Positions 1 through 9,846 of a DNA stretch of 64,000 nucleotides are shown here, in pieces; the stretch's first letter is position 1; each line of letters starts with the position of its first letter. The DNA comes from an uncultured Acidobacteriota bacterium (lineage in GTDB: Bacteria; Acidobacteriota; Blastocatellia; RBC074), in assembly GCA_963796275.1 (NCBI GenBank), contig CAWCKY010000003.1, forward strand, positions 192,001 through 256,000, written 5' to 3'. Below the pieces are notes generated by a model. It saw only the letters and a program-made list of their open reading frames with translations. It had not been told where the DNA came from and did not search any database. A program made the position numbers and the translations under genes.

Positions 1-2
1 GA

Positions 3-395
3 TTCGGAAGGGGACATCGGGGTCGGGGATTTGAACGCCGGCTCTTCAGCCGTTTGAATTTGACCGATGCTCAGAAAGAGCAGATGAAGCAGATCAATCA
101 GAACTTCCGCGAGAGCACCAAGCCTTTGCGCCAGGAATTGAGGGGGAAGCACGGTGAACTCCGCCAGGCGCAGCAGGGCGAGACGTTCGATGAAGCGCTC
201 GTCGCGCAAAAACTGAACGAAATCTCAACTATTCAGGTGAAGCTCATGGGGGAGAGGTTCAAGCTGAAACAGGAGATATCATCAGTGATGACGCCTGAAC
301 AGAAGGCTCAGCTCGCGCAGATGCGTGAGCAGATGAAGACAAAGCGCGAAGAGTATAAAAAACGGCGGGCAGAGCGCCGCGCCAATAGCCAGTAA
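3..395 (+). CDS. Spy/CpxP (LTXXQ) family periplasmic chaperone-like protein, 5' truncated by window edge
   Basis: Frame open from position 3; LNLTDAQKEQ and VMTPEQKAQ LTXXQ motifs; helical and charged. Confidence 0.8.
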   Translation, partial: FGRGHRGRGFERRLFSRLNLTDAQKEQMKQINQNFRESTKPLRQELRGKHGELRQAQQGETFDEALVAQKLNEISTIQVKLMGERFKLKQEISSVMTPEQKAQLAQMREQMKTKREEYKKRRAERRANSQ

Positions 396-472
396 CCTAT
401 CTCGAGGGGGCTGGCAGATTCAGGCGCTCGACGCTTTTTCTGCCGGCCCAGTTTTATCATCGAGGTAGAGTT

Positions 473-1105
473 CTGGATACTCAGTTAGAACAGGCTTCGG
501 ATTTCGATCTCGTGCGCCTTGCAAGAGATGGTGATGAGGCGGCCTTTGAAGAGATCGTGCGCCGCTACTCATCGCGGGTATTTCATATCGCCAACCGGTT
601 TTTTCGCCAGCGCAGCCAGGTGGAGGAGAGCGCGCAGGAGATTTTTTTAAGGGCATACACGCGCCTGGCCGATTACGAGGGACGCGGATCTTTCGAAGGT
701 TGGTTGACGCGCATCGCTACCTCGACTTGCATCAACCTGATTCGCTATAACAAGCGGCGACCGGAGTTCATCGATCTGACAGCGGATGAGGCCGGATGGC
801 TGGAGGACAAGCTCATAAATACCGCGGTTGAGCGAAAACGTTCGGTTGAAGACAATCTGATCGCGGCAGACCTGGCGAACAAAGTTTTAGAGACACTCTC
901 TTCCGATGACCGTCTAGTTCTAACTCTTATGGATGGTGAGGAATTTTCTGTGAAAGAGGTTGCGGAACTGACCGGCTGGTCGGAAGCGAAGGTGAAAGTC
1001 CGCGCCTTCCGCGCGCGGCGCCGCATGCGAGAAGCGGTTGAAAAATTACTTGACGTTCCGGTCATTCGAGCGGATACGGGTTCAGATAGCGCGGGTGAGA
1101 AATGA
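473..1105 (+). CDS. ECF-family RNA polymerase sigma factor
   Basis: Region 2 (GDEAAFEEIVRRY...SFEGWLTRIA) and region 4 (SVKEVAELTGWSEAKVKVRAFRAR). Start is CTG473 (GAGGT upstream) or GTG512. Confidence 0.9.
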   Translation: MDTQLEQASDFDLVRLARDGDEAAFEEIVRRYSSRVFHIANRFFRQRSQVEESAQEIFLRAYTRLADYEGRGSFEGWLTRIATSTCINLIRYNKRRPEFIDLTADEAGWLEDKLINTAVERKRSVEDNLIAADLANKVLETLSSDDRLVLTLMDGEEFSVKEVAELTGWSEAKVKVRAFRARRRMREAVEKLLDVPVIRADTGSDSAGEK

Positions 1106-1614
1106 GAAACGAACATATTACCGAATTGTTGGACAGCGCACCTCTCAGGTCTCTGAGCCAGAACGAACTTGCGCGCATACGCGAACATTGCGATCGGTGT
1201 GCTCACTGCCACCAGGCGTTCAAGTCGGCGCAGATCTCCGCACTTATGTTAAGCGAGCTGGCAACCGCCTCGTTCGAGCCATCTCCCTTCTTCAAGACAA
1301 AAGTGATGGCGGCGATCAGGGAAAGACAAGCGGCGACGGGCGCTTACTCGTTCTTGCGTTTTTGGAGGGCTGCTCGGGCGCTCGTTTATGCTATGGCTGT
1401 GATTGTCGTCCTGCTGACCGGTCTGACGATTTCGCAACCTGGTCTGTTACTGGAATCGGAATCACCCGATCAGGTTGCCGGGTTTAACGCGATAGATCCG
1501 GAGTGGGCTGTTCTCGCCGGAAGCACTTCCAGCGACGAAATGACGTATGACCAGGTGCTCACTGATATTTATAGTGCGATCGAGAGAGAAGACACAGATG
1601 GAATTCGTAAGTAA
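1102..1614 (+). CDS. Zinc-binding (HxxxCxxC) transmembrane anti-sigma factor
   Basis: HCDRCAHC motif, one TM helix, ATGA overlap with the sigma gene. Confidence 0.85.
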   Translation: MRNEHITELLDSAPLRSLSQNELARIREHCDRCAHCHQAFKSAQISALMLSELATASFEPSPFFKTKVMAAIRERQAATGAYSFLRFWRAARALVYAMAVIVVLLTGLTISQPGLLLESESPDQVAGFNAIDPEWAVLAGSTSSDEMTYDQVLTDIYSAIEREDTDGIRK

Positions 1615-1996
1615 AAACAAGTGGCAATTGAGATTTGCCGTCCTGGTCATCTTCGCGCTCGGATTCGCGGCCGGCGCGCTGAGCTGGAATATATTTCGCT
1701 CGTATCGATTCGGACGGCCGCCGGTCGACATCAGGCGCGATCGATTTGCTCCGATTCTCGACCGCTTGCAACTCACTACAGAACAGAGACCTCAAGTCGA
1801 GAAAATACTCACAGATGCGCGAACGCAACTGATCGAGGTGCGCAGGCAAACGGAGCCGCGGATGCGCGAGGTTCGCGAACAGACCGATCAGCGCCTGCAG
1901 GCAGTGCTGACGACCGAACAGTGGGAGAGATTCAAGCAGATGAGGGATGAGATGGGGCCTCGGCGCCATCGTCGCGGGAGGGGGATGAAGGAGTAA
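1598..1996 (+). CDS. Membrane-anchored Spy/CpxP-like (periplasmic heavy-metal sensor-like) protein
   Basis: N-terminal TM with FALGFAAG; LQLTTEQ and VLTTEQW repeats; ATG1598. Confidence 0.7.
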   Translation: MEFVSKNKWQLRFAVLVIFALGFAAGALSWNIFRSYRFGRPPVDIRRDRFAPILDRLQLTTEQRPQVEKILTDARTQLIEVRRQTEPRMREVREQTDQRLQAVLTTEQWERFKQMRDEMGPRRHRRGRGMKE

Positions 1997-2297
1997 TCTG
2001 CAGTGCGGGCTCGAATAGCGATAGATTTTCGCATTCGACCATCTGGCCGGTGACTTCAAAAATTTCCTTCAGTCGCGAATCGGCCATCAACTTGCGCCAT
2101 TGTTCATCGAACTCACTCAACGAATCGAACTCCCACAGCTCCAGATATTCCTGGGCATCACCTACGATCGTTCGCCATATCCCCCAGAATCGAAGCCCGT
2201 GTTCCTGAATCAACGGCAGTGTACGCTCGGCGAAAGTTCTATCGTATTGCGCCACATGATGGGCGTGCAATTTGTAGGAAATCTTCAGTAGGATCAT
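1932..2297 (-). CDS. NIPSNAP family protein
   Basis: HGLRFWGIWRT...LWEFDSLSEFDEQW..LMAD pattern. Confidence 0.7.
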   Translation of the reverse strand: MILLKISYKLHAHHVAQYDRTFAERTLPLIQEHGLRFWGIWRTIVGDAQEYLELWEFDSLSEFDEQWRKLMADSRLKEIFEVTGQMVECENLSLFEPALQITPSSPSRDDGAEAPSHPSSA

Positions 2298-2444
2298 TTT
2301 CAGAATTTTCAGAATGTCAGAATGATAGATGGCAGTTCAATCAAATAGGCAAAAGCCGGGTACAGCTTATTGTCCGTTCGCTACCTTTTGTCTCGCTTGC
2401 TCTTGCTGACGCAAACCCACGTTCTGCGGTATTGATAGCTAAAT

Positions 2445-3971
2445 CTATTCACCCAACCAGGATTTTCTAATTGCCTTCTGAGCCTCCGTCATCTTTTCGC
2501 CGTCGATTATTTTACCGTCAACGAATCGAAAACCCGCGTGCTCAAATGCTGCGTTGTAATCCAGCTCATCCGTGCCATCGACGTAGCGGTTGAAGAAATC
2601 TTTAAAGCTTCTTCCCGCCACCTCTGAGGCAGCCTTCTCGATGTCTTCATTCGTATAACCACGCCCGCGTTTGTAATAACGCTCGAACAACGTTCGCATA
2701 ACGTCGTCGAGGCTTTTTTTACCGCCTGACGCCCCGCGGATTTCAAGATCGAGCAACATGCCGACCAGCTCGCCCTTGTTGTAATAGTTGGTGGAGAAAT
2801 TTGTGAATTCGGCGCCAATGCCGCCGTAGCTCAGCCACGTGATCGTGCTCGAATCGGAGAGGGATACCCATTTCCGCGCTTCTGTGTTCTGCAGTACCCT
2901 GATTTGCTGCTCAATGCCTCGCAGATAATCGCTCACGGTGCTGATGCCCGCACGGCGGATGTGTAGATCGCCGTAATAACTGGTGAAGCCTTCGGCGATC
3001 CATAACTCACGTATGTATTGTTCTTTGCTGTAGTCGTACGGGATCAGGCCGGCAGGTTTGATCCTTTTCACGTTCCAGACGTGGAAGTGCTCGTGTGACG
3101 TGACTCCGGCTACTGACAATGGATTCGCCGGCATAGAAGACAACATGATATTTGTCGAGTTCTCGTGCTCAAGCGCTCCTCCACCTCGCAGTCTCCCGGT
3201 CACGTATAAAACCCAATATTCATCATAGGGCAGCCCGCCGAACATTTGCCCCTGCGATTCGATGATCCGTCTGACGTATTCTTTGAGCTTATTGCCGGCT
3301 TCAACAGTGATTTGTCCGCGCGGATCAATGACGATATGAATTGTTTTCCCGAGCGCCGTGGTGGTGAGATCATCGAAATCGCCCATGACGGTTGGGCAAT
3401 CGACCAGGTTGTCGAAATCGCGGATCAAATAGAGGTTCTTTTCATTTCCCCGCTTCAAGCCCGTTGCTATGCGCCACTCTTCAGGAATATCGAATTTGAG
3501 GGTGGATGGCGTGTCATTTGTGTGGCCTGGGACATAGAAGAAGAGATTGGTGCCCAGGAAATATGCGCGCTTCTCCGTCAATTCGGCGCCGTTGACGTTG
3601 AGGTTATCGGCGAAGTAGTCGTATTCAATGGTCAATCTACGATTGCCTTCGGTGGTTATACGCCAGGTCTGCTTATCGACCGCGCGCATCGATAACCGCA
3701 TACCGTTCGCATGCGACTGAAGTTTTATGACATTTGCGGCATACGGGCGAATCGTATACCAGCCGGGCGTCCATGAAGGCAATGAGATGTCCAGCGTCGC
3801 ACCGGAGATGTTAGAAGCCTCGATTTTGATGCGAAAAAGATGTCTCGCCGCGTCTCTTATACCGATAGTGTAATCGAGACGCGGTGCGGATTGCGCGATT
3901 GTACTGTGGGAGAATGAGACAAAGCTCAGGAGAAGGGCGATAAATATATAACGGTTACGAGAGGCTTTCAT
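2445..3971 (-). CDS. M61 family metallopeptidase (glycyl aminopeptidase-like), secreted, apparently without PDZ
   Basis: Signal peptide; PSWTPGWY, GGALEH, HEHFHVWNVKRI, LWIAEGFTSYY, YYNKG motifs. Confidence 0.9.
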   Translation of the reverse strand: MKASRNRYIFIALLLSFVSFSHSTIAQSAPRLDYTIGIRDAARHLFRIKIEASNISGATLDISLPSWTPGWYTIRPYAANVIKLQSHANGMRLSMRAVDKQTWRITTEGNRRLTIEYDYFADNLNVNGAELTEKRAYFLGTNLFFYVPGHTNDTPSTLKFDIPEEWRIATGLKRGNEKNLYLIRDFDNLVDCPTVMGDFDDLTTTALGKTIHIVIDPRGQITVEAGNKLKEYVRRIIESQGQMFGGLPYDEYWVLYVTGRLRGGGALEHENSTNIMLSSMPANPLSVAGVTSHEHFHVWNVKRIKPAGLIPYDYSKEQYIRELWIAEGFTSYYGDLHIRRAGISTVSDYLRGIEQQIRVLQNTEARKWVSLSDSSTITWLSYGGIGAEFTNFSTNYYNKGELVGMLLDLEIRGASGGKKSLDDVMRTLFERYYKRGRGYTNEDIEKAASEVAGRSFKDFFNRYVDGTDELDYNAAFEHAGFRFVDGKIIDGEKMTEAQKAIRKSWLGE

Positions 3972-4161
3972 TTATCAGAATCTCCGCGTTTTGTGTAAAT
4001 GGTAGACGCGATACTAATCTATGAGGAGAATACTAAACAAATAGAACGAATAAAATATGAGATGGTTGATACCTGCAATACTTACGCAAGCGAACTGATA
4101 ATTTTAAGTTCCTTGTTCGTTGGATATCAGGTATTTAGGGGCGTCGGTTTAAAATATATCC

Positions 4162-5001
4162 ATGAAGGTAGAGCAGATTCAGGCGAAAACAGTTCTTAAC
4201 CCGACCGGTGGGTTTCTCGCCAGCTATACACATTCGCTGAATGCATATCAGGGGTGTGCATTTGGCAATGGTTCATGTCCATACTGTTATGTGCGTGCGA
4301 TGCCGGTTCAGAGATTTTCGGGTAACGTGTGGGGTCAATGGGTGAAGGCCAAGATCAACGCGCCTGATCTGCTCAAACAGGAACTCGAGGCGACCAAGCG
4401 TAAAGGCTTATTCGGAAAGTTACGAATTTTTATGAGCACCGCTACCGATCCATATCAGGGCCCGGAGGCGAGATTTAAAATAACAAGAAGAGTGCTCGAA
4501 ACATTTGCGATGAGCGGTGAGTTCGGATTCCTGGTAGTACAGACCCGCTCGCCGATGATCGAACGGGACATAGATTTGCTCCAGCGGCTCGGCTCGTCTG
4601 TTGCGGTCAGCTTCACCATCGAGACCAATCGTGACGATGTGCGAAAACAGATCACCCCGACATCACCAAGCATCGAGCGGCGCCTCACGACACTTGAGCG
4701 ATTGACCGGCGCAGGGTTGCGCACGCAAGCCGCGATCAGCCCCATCCTGCCGTGCGATGCGGAACCGTTTGCGGACTTGATTGCGTCGAGAGCGACTCGT
4801 GCGGTTGTCGACACTCTGATCGACGGCGACGGTGCGGGCGGTCGCCGAAGCACAGAGCTGGGGATGCCCGAACTTTTACGATCGCTGGGATACGGTGATT
4901 GGATGCGGCGCGACGCGCACGTTCCACTGCTCGAAGCCCTGAAACAGAAGATGGGGCCAGATTGCGTCGGGTTCAGTCAGGAAGGTTTTAATCTCTTATA
5001 A
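4162..5001 (+). CDS. Radical SAM protein, spore photoproduct lyase-like family
   Basis: SLNAYQGC..CPYCY, STATDPYQ, QTRSPMIERD motifs. Confidence 0.85.
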   Translation: MKVEQIQAKTVLNPTGGFLASYTHSLNAYQGCAFGNGSCPYCYVRAMPVQRFSGNVWGQWVKAKINAPDLLKQELEATKRKGLFGKLRIFMSTATDPYQGPEARFKITRRVLETFAMSGEFGFLVVQTRSPMIERDIDLLQRLGSSVAVSFTIETNRDDVRKQITPTSPSIERRLTTLERLTGAGLRTQAAISPILPCDAEPFADLIASRATRAVVDTLIDGDGAGGRRSTELGMPELLRSLGYGDWMRRDAHVPLLEALKQKMGPDCVGFSQEGFNLL

Positions 5002-5030
5002 TTTGATTTATTGTAAAATTGAGAAAAAGA

Positions 5031-5059
5031 TTGCCAATTCAATCCGACATGTATATGAT
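5031..5059 (+). promoter_or_regulatory. Sigma70-type promoter upstream of the RRM gene leader
   Basis: TTGCCA-17bp-TATGAT. Confidence 0.6.
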
Positions 5060-5383
5060 GCGTACGATGGAAAATGTCAAACTGTAATCGCAGGCGTGTT
5101 CAGGGGAACTGTAGAGGTCTCACGTTCACGTCTTTTGATTTTTAGGGAGACAGTGATTTCCAGTCACGCCTACTCGCTAGCATCAACGGTGATGCGCCGT
5201 CAGGTAGTTTCGGCTTGCGCGATCGGTGATTAGAGAGCAGGAGGATAGTAACAGTAGAAGCAGCTCTGTCAGTTGTCTTGCCAGTTGTTTGCCATTATCT
5301 TGGCTGCTGAATGACGATTGCGTTAGCTGGAAACCGTTTCCGCCGCCAGTATGTCTGCTTCCCCTTGCCAGAGGATATTCAAA

Positions 5384-5776
5384 ATGTCAGTTAGATTGTA
5401 TGTCGGTAACTTGCCATTCAGTGTGACCGAACAAGATCTAGAAGATCTTTTCGGCCAATCCGGTCAGGTTGAGTCAACCAACATAGTAACGGATCGCGAT
5501 ACGGGACGTTCACGCGGATTCGCATTCGTCGAGATGGATTCTCGCGAAGCAGCCGATGCCGCGATTCAAGCCTTGAATGGGTTTGAAATGGATGGCCGAT
5601 CGCTAACCGTTAACGAGGCTCGTCCTAAAGAGAGTCGTGGTGGTGGTGGAGGAGGATCCAGAGGTGGCTTTGGCGGTGGCGGCGGTCGGGGAGGATTCGG
5701 CGGCGGTGGAGGTCGTGGTGGTGGTGGCGGTGGTTATGGGCGTGATCGCGGCGGTCGCGGCGGAAATAGGTACTAA
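5384..5776 (+). CDS. RRM RNA-binding protein with Gly/Arg-rich tail
   Basis: RNP2 LYVGNL, RNP1 RGFAFVEM, VNEARP, RGG tail; GAGGA RBS before ATG5384. Confidence 0.95.
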   Translation: MSVRLYVGNLPFSVTEQDLEDLFGQSGQVESTNIVTDRDTGRSRGFAFVEMDSREAADAAIQALNGFEMDGRSLTVNEARPKESRGGGGGGSRGGFGGGGGRGGFGGGGGRGGGGGGYGRDRGGRGGNRY

Positions 5777-5805
5777 AGGTATTTATCTCATCTTAGGCAC
5801 TCACG

Positions 5806-5849
5806 AAAGAGCAGGTAGCGGCTATACCGTTTCCTGCTCTTTTTATTTT
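5806..5849 (+). terminator. Rho-independent terminator
   Basis: AAAGAGCAGG...CCTGCTCTTT stem followed by T-rich tract. Confidence 0.75.
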
Positions 5850-5879
5850 GCTTAAGAGCCTGCTTTGAAATGATTTACG

Positions 5880-6128
5880 TCAGCTGGTCTCGAGTTTATC
5901 AGCTTTTAATGCCTGCCACAGATCCTGAAGCACGAACAACTGACTGCTATGTGATGAAATAACCTGGCCCAAGCGATAGCAGATATCGAAGGTGGGTAGG
6001 TCGCCGGAGCCTTTCTCCATGGCTTCCAGTTGCGCTTCCGGCAACCCCGAAAGCCGCGCCAGTTCAGTTATTGAAAGTTGAGCTTCTTGTCGCTTCTTTG
6101 ATAACTCTTTGCCGAAATTTTTCAGCAT
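5880..6128 (-). CDS. XRE-family HTH transcriptional regulator
   Basis: FGKELSKKRQEAQLSITELARLSGL...MEKG..PT. Confidence 0.8.
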   Translation of the reverse strand: MLKNFGKELSKKRQEAQLSITELARLSGLPEAQLEAMEKGSGDLPTFDICYRLGQVISSHSSQLFVLQDLWQALKADKLETS

Positions 6129-6476
6129 GGACTTCCCCTAAACTTCAGAGAGTGTTGAGGGGCCCCTCTTAGTAATCCGTTTCCGCTTACACACGATAAT
6201 AGATGGACTGGTTGGCCTTGATCTAGTAGACCAGTAGATAAGGTCGATGACATTTGCCTGGGAGACAGACAATTGTTTTCGGCCAAAGTTCGTATAAAGA
6301 CGTGTGATCAGCGAGCATTTAACTGGGGAACCCACCAACGAAAACCAGTGTACATAAAGGTCATAATACGGTCAACCACTATTTTAACGCAGCCTATACC
6401 TGCCGGGCCGATATCGTATAATGAATCAGGAAGTAAGACTGCCCGGCGATGATACAGGACGGACTGCGGTTCTTTT

Positions 6477-7127
6477 ATGGAAAATATCTCACAAAAAATA
6501 GCCGAGCTGCGGCGCGAATATTATTCGGAACCGCTCGACGAGGATTTAGTAGAAGAGAATCCCATCGCGCAGTTTCAAAACTGGTTTGATGAGATCGTGC
6601 GGGTCGAGCATCCGGATCCCGATGCCATGACACTTTCAACAGTGTCGGAGGAAGGAGAAGTGTCTGCGCGAGTTGTGCTATTGAGAGGACTTGATGAACG
6701 CGGATTCGTTTTTTTCACCAACTATGAAAGCCGTAAGAGTCGCGAGTTGATAGCTAATCCGCGCGCGGCATTGACGTTCTTCTGGGGTTCGCTTAACCGG
6801 CAGGTTCGGATTGAAGGCTTAGTTGAGAAAGCTTCACGAAAGGAATCGGAAGAGTATTTTCAATCGAGACCACCTGGGAGCCAGCTCGGCGCATGGGCTT
6901 CGCCACAGAGCGGGGAGATTGCCGGGCGAGCCTCGCTCGATCAATTGTTCGCCGAAGCGGAGCAGCGGTTCAAAGGACATCCGATTCCATGTCCGCCGTT
7001 TTGGGGGGGATTTCGTTTGAACCCTGTAAGAATCGAGTTCTGGCAAGGCCGTGAGAACAGACTACACGACAGGATTCTCTATACATTGGATCGGGGCCGG
7101 TGGCAGCTATCTCGGCTGGCACCTTAG
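6477..7127 (+). CDS. pdxH: Pyridoxine/pyridoxamine 5'-phosphate oxidase
   Basis: ARVVLL, FFTNYESRK, RQVRIEG, EFWQGRENRLHDR, RLAP. Confidence 0.97.
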   Translation: MENISQKIAELRREYYSEPLDEDLVEENPIAQFQNWFDEIVRVEHPDPDAMTLSTVSEEGEVSARVVLLRGLDERGFVFFTNYESRKSRELIANPRAALTFFWGSLNRQVRIEGLVEKASRKESEEYFQSRPPGSQLGAWASPQSGEIAGRASLDQLFAEAEQRFKGHPIPCPPFWGGFRLNPVRIEFWQGRENRLHDRILYTLDRGRWQLSRLAP

Positions 7128-7192
7128 GAGAAGATGAGGAAGCGAGAGAAATAAAGGTCGATTGCCAATTGACCAATCTCCTTCTCCCTTCC

Positions 7193-8059
7193 TCAGGCTG
7201 GCAGCAAACCCCGTATCTCGCGTACGACGCGTTGCACTTCGTCTTGATCGGCGAGCGCGATCATGAAGAATTTGTATCCCTCGCTTATGCAGATGACGCC
7301 GTTGGCAAAAAACCATATCCCGTTGAGCAGCGGGTTGGCACCGAGAATCAGCCCGATGGGAAACCCGGTCACTGTTGCGCCGGAAAAGGCGGCGCCGATG
7401 AGCGACGCGCCAGCCGCCATGCTGAAAGCGCCGAGCAGAGGAGCGCCCACATATTTCACCATTTTGCGTTGAAACTCTATCCGCGATCGCTCTGCTTCTT
7501 CCAGTTGGCCTTCAGCCAGCAGTTTCTCTTGTTTTTTCAAATAGTCCGTATATTTTTCAGTAAGTTTGCGCATGCCGACGATCGGCAGCGCGCTGTGAAA
7601 GAACCAATTGCCTGCAGCCCCGGCCCCCAGAATCGTCACACCTAAATTGGGCAGCGCAGACCCGGCCCGCACGCCCGCGATCATCGAAAATGTAACTACA
7701 GCGCATTTGCCCGGATTCTCTTTGATCCAAGCTCGTGCTTTCTCGACCCCGTTCATTGCCGCTTCGGTGACCCGGGCGCTGCTCGCGCTGAAATTGTAAG
7801 CTTGTTCGGCACGGTGATAATAGCTTTGTGCGTTTCCGAAAACTTCCCTGGCTGTGTCTTCGGCGGTCTTCGAAAATTTCTCTGCGCCGCTTTGTAATGT
7901 CTCCGCACCCTCGCGCACCTTCTCTTCCGCTCGTTCTGCCGTCTGCCGTACGTTTTCCCTGACTTTGAATTGGTCATCAATCTTGTTGAATTGCTCACGT
8001 GCCGCATTCGCCGCATCGTTGGCAACCTTACGCAGCTGATCGAATATCTTGTCGTTCAT
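7193..8059 (-). CDS. Hypothetical protein: apolipoprotein/LEA-like N-terminus and hydrophobic C-terminal helices
   Basis: 288-aa ORF with GAGGAGG RBS; WIKENPG followed by a hydrophobic segment (ElaB/YqjD-like pattern). Confidence 0.6.
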   Translation of the reverse strand: MNDKIFDQLRKVANDAANAAREQFNKIDDQFKVRENVRQTAERAEEKVREGAETLQSGAEKFSKTAEDTAREVFGNAQSYYHRAEQAYNFSASSARVTEAAMNGVEKARAWIKENPGKCAVVTFSMIAGVRAGSALPNLGVTILGAGAAGNWFFHSALPIVGMRKLTEKYTDYLKKQEKLLAEGQLEEAERSRIEFQRKMVKYVGAPLLGAFSMAAGASLIGAAFSGATVTGFPIGLILGANPLLNGIWFFANGVICISEGYKFFMIALADQDEVQRVVREIRGLLPA

Positions 8060-8199
8060 CGAAATTCCTCCTCGGGTTCCATCGTTTCAGGGAAACGTCA
8101 TTTACCTGCCCAAGATTTGTTTATAACGCATGTCTTAGCTTACGCAGACCGATTCTTTGAAGTTCAACCCTTCTCACAATTAACCGCATTCATCCGCCA

Positions 8200-8255
8200 T
8201 TGACATATCTAACCCCACAATTTAAACTTAGTGTACATTTTACACTAAGTTTAAA
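8200..8255 (+). promoter_or_regulatory. pncB promoter overlapped by an NrtR operator
   Basis: TTGACA(8200)-17bp-TAAACT(8223); perfect 15-bp inverted repeat 8221-8255 whose core TTAGTGTACATTTTACACTAA has the GT-N7-AC NrtR signature. Confidence 0.85.
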
Positions 8256-8275
8256 AGCGCGAGGTGAATGGAATA

Positions 8276-9664
8276 ATGGCAGACGAAACTGGAAAGAAGA
8301 AGGGGAAGCCGAGGATGTCGGGTCTGGCGACAGACCTATACCAGCTAACGATGGGGGCGGGATATTATGGAAGCCGGCGCAACGAACGGGCTAGTTTCGA
8401 ATTATTCATTCGAGATCTTCCGGAGGAGCGTTCATTTCTGGTTGTGGCGGGGCTCGAGCAGGTTCTGGAGTATTTGAAGGATTTGAGTTTCAGCGCGGAA
8501 GAGGTCGAGTTTTTACGGGAGTTGCCTGTCTTTGCAAATGTCGGGCGCGCATATTTCGATTATCTGCGTGAATTTCGCTTCAGCGGAGATGTATACGCGA
8601 TGCCCGAAGGAACGATCGCTTTCGCCGGTGAGCCATTAGTGCGTGTGACCGCGCCGCTCATTGAAGCCCAAATGATTGAGACATTTCTTCTCACGACGAT
8701 CAACTTCCAGACATTGATCGCGACGAAAGCGGCGCGGATGGTCGAGGCCGCGCAGGGACGCGGGGTGATAGAGTTCGGTGCGCGGCGATGCCACAGCTTT
8801 GGCGCAGCGATCTATGCTGCGCGCGCTGCATTCATTGGCGGTTGCATAGGAACATCGAATGTGGAGGCCGGAAAATTGTTCGACATTCCTCTTCATGGGA
8901 CGGCGGCACATTCATTTACGATGGCTTTCGACCGCGAAATAGATGCGTTCCGCGCATACCAGAAAGTATTTCCCGAAAGCACGACTCTCCTGCTCGACAC
9001 CTATGACACGATAACCGCCGCACATTCGGTGACTGAGTTTGGATCCCAACTGAAAGGTGTGCGTCTCGATAGCGGAGATCTGGTTGAATTATCGAAGCGA
9101 GTGCGCGAAATCCTGGATCGAGCTGGGATGTGTGAAACCAGTATAGTTGCGAGTGGCGATCTCGATGAATACAAGATTGCACAAATGTTGGATGCGGGAG
9201 CACAGATCGATCTCTTCGGTGTGGGAACCGAGCTCTCTACCTCACGCGACGCTCCCGCGCTGGGTGGCGTCTACAAACTGGTCGAGGTTGATTATGCTGA
9301 TCGCTCTGAGCTTAAGATGAAGTTAAGCTGCGGCAAGGCAACATATCCCTGCCGCAAACAGATATGGCGAATGGCGGCCCCTGATGGCGCATTCAACGGC
9401 GACGTCATCGGAACTCTAGAAGAAGATCAAACGGGTGATCCTTTGTTGATTCCTGCCATGCGCGATGGCGAAATAATCGAAAAGTTGCCGAGCATCAGAG
9501 AGATTCAGCTCTATGCGCAAGCGCAGATCGCGCGCCTGCCTTACCGGTTTAAAAAAGTGTGCGATCCGGAGCGCTATCCTGTGTGTTACAGTCCTGGGCT
9601 CGAGCGCAAACGATTGGAGCTGATGGCGGCCGAAAGCTGGAGGCTGGGAAATCACCCCAAGTAG
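8276..9664 (+). CDS. pncB: Nicotinate phosphoribosyltransferase
   Basis: TDLYQLTM, EFGARR, GTAAHS, LLDTYD, GVRLDSGD, FGVGT, GGVYKLV; GAGGTG RBS before ATG8276. Confidence 0.96.
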   Translation: MADETGKKKGKPRMSGLATDLYQLTMGAGYYGSRRNERASFELFIRDLPEERSFLVVAGLEQVLEYLKDLSFSAEEVEFLRELPVFANVGRAYFDYLREFRFSGDVYAMPEGTIAFAGEPLVRVTAPLIEAQMIETFLLTTINFQTLIATKAARMVEAAQGRGVIEFGARRCHSFGAAIYAARAAFIGGCIGTSNVEAGKLFDIPLHGTAAHSFTMAFDREIDAFRAYQKVFPESTTLLLDTYDTITAAHSVTEFGSQLKGVRLDSGDLVELSKRVREILDRAGMCETSIVASGDLDEYKIAQMLDAGAQIDLFGVGTELSTSRDAPALGGVYKLVEVDYADRSELKMKLSCGKATYPCRKQIWRMAAPDGAFNGDVIGTLEEDQTGDPLLIPAMRDGEIIEKLPSIREIQLYAQAQIARLPYRFKKVCDPERYPVCYSPGLERKRLELMAAESWRLGNHPK

Positions 9665-9846
9665 TGGTCGAAATAATAAATCCATCCCGGAGGCGAAGCT
9701 GGAAACGGATTGTTTTCTCACGGATCGGGTTCGAGATCGGTCAACGTCTGACAACGGGCTGTGATATCTGCCTCCGCCTCGCTATTCTCATTAGCTCACT
9801 TCGCGAGCGGAATTGACGCTCGCTGAGGTCAAAAGGAAGAAGAGCC

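Noticed and set aside
5630-5770. GGT/GGC-rich repeat as a DNA element
   Set aside because: Explained by the Gly-rich tail of the RRM protein.
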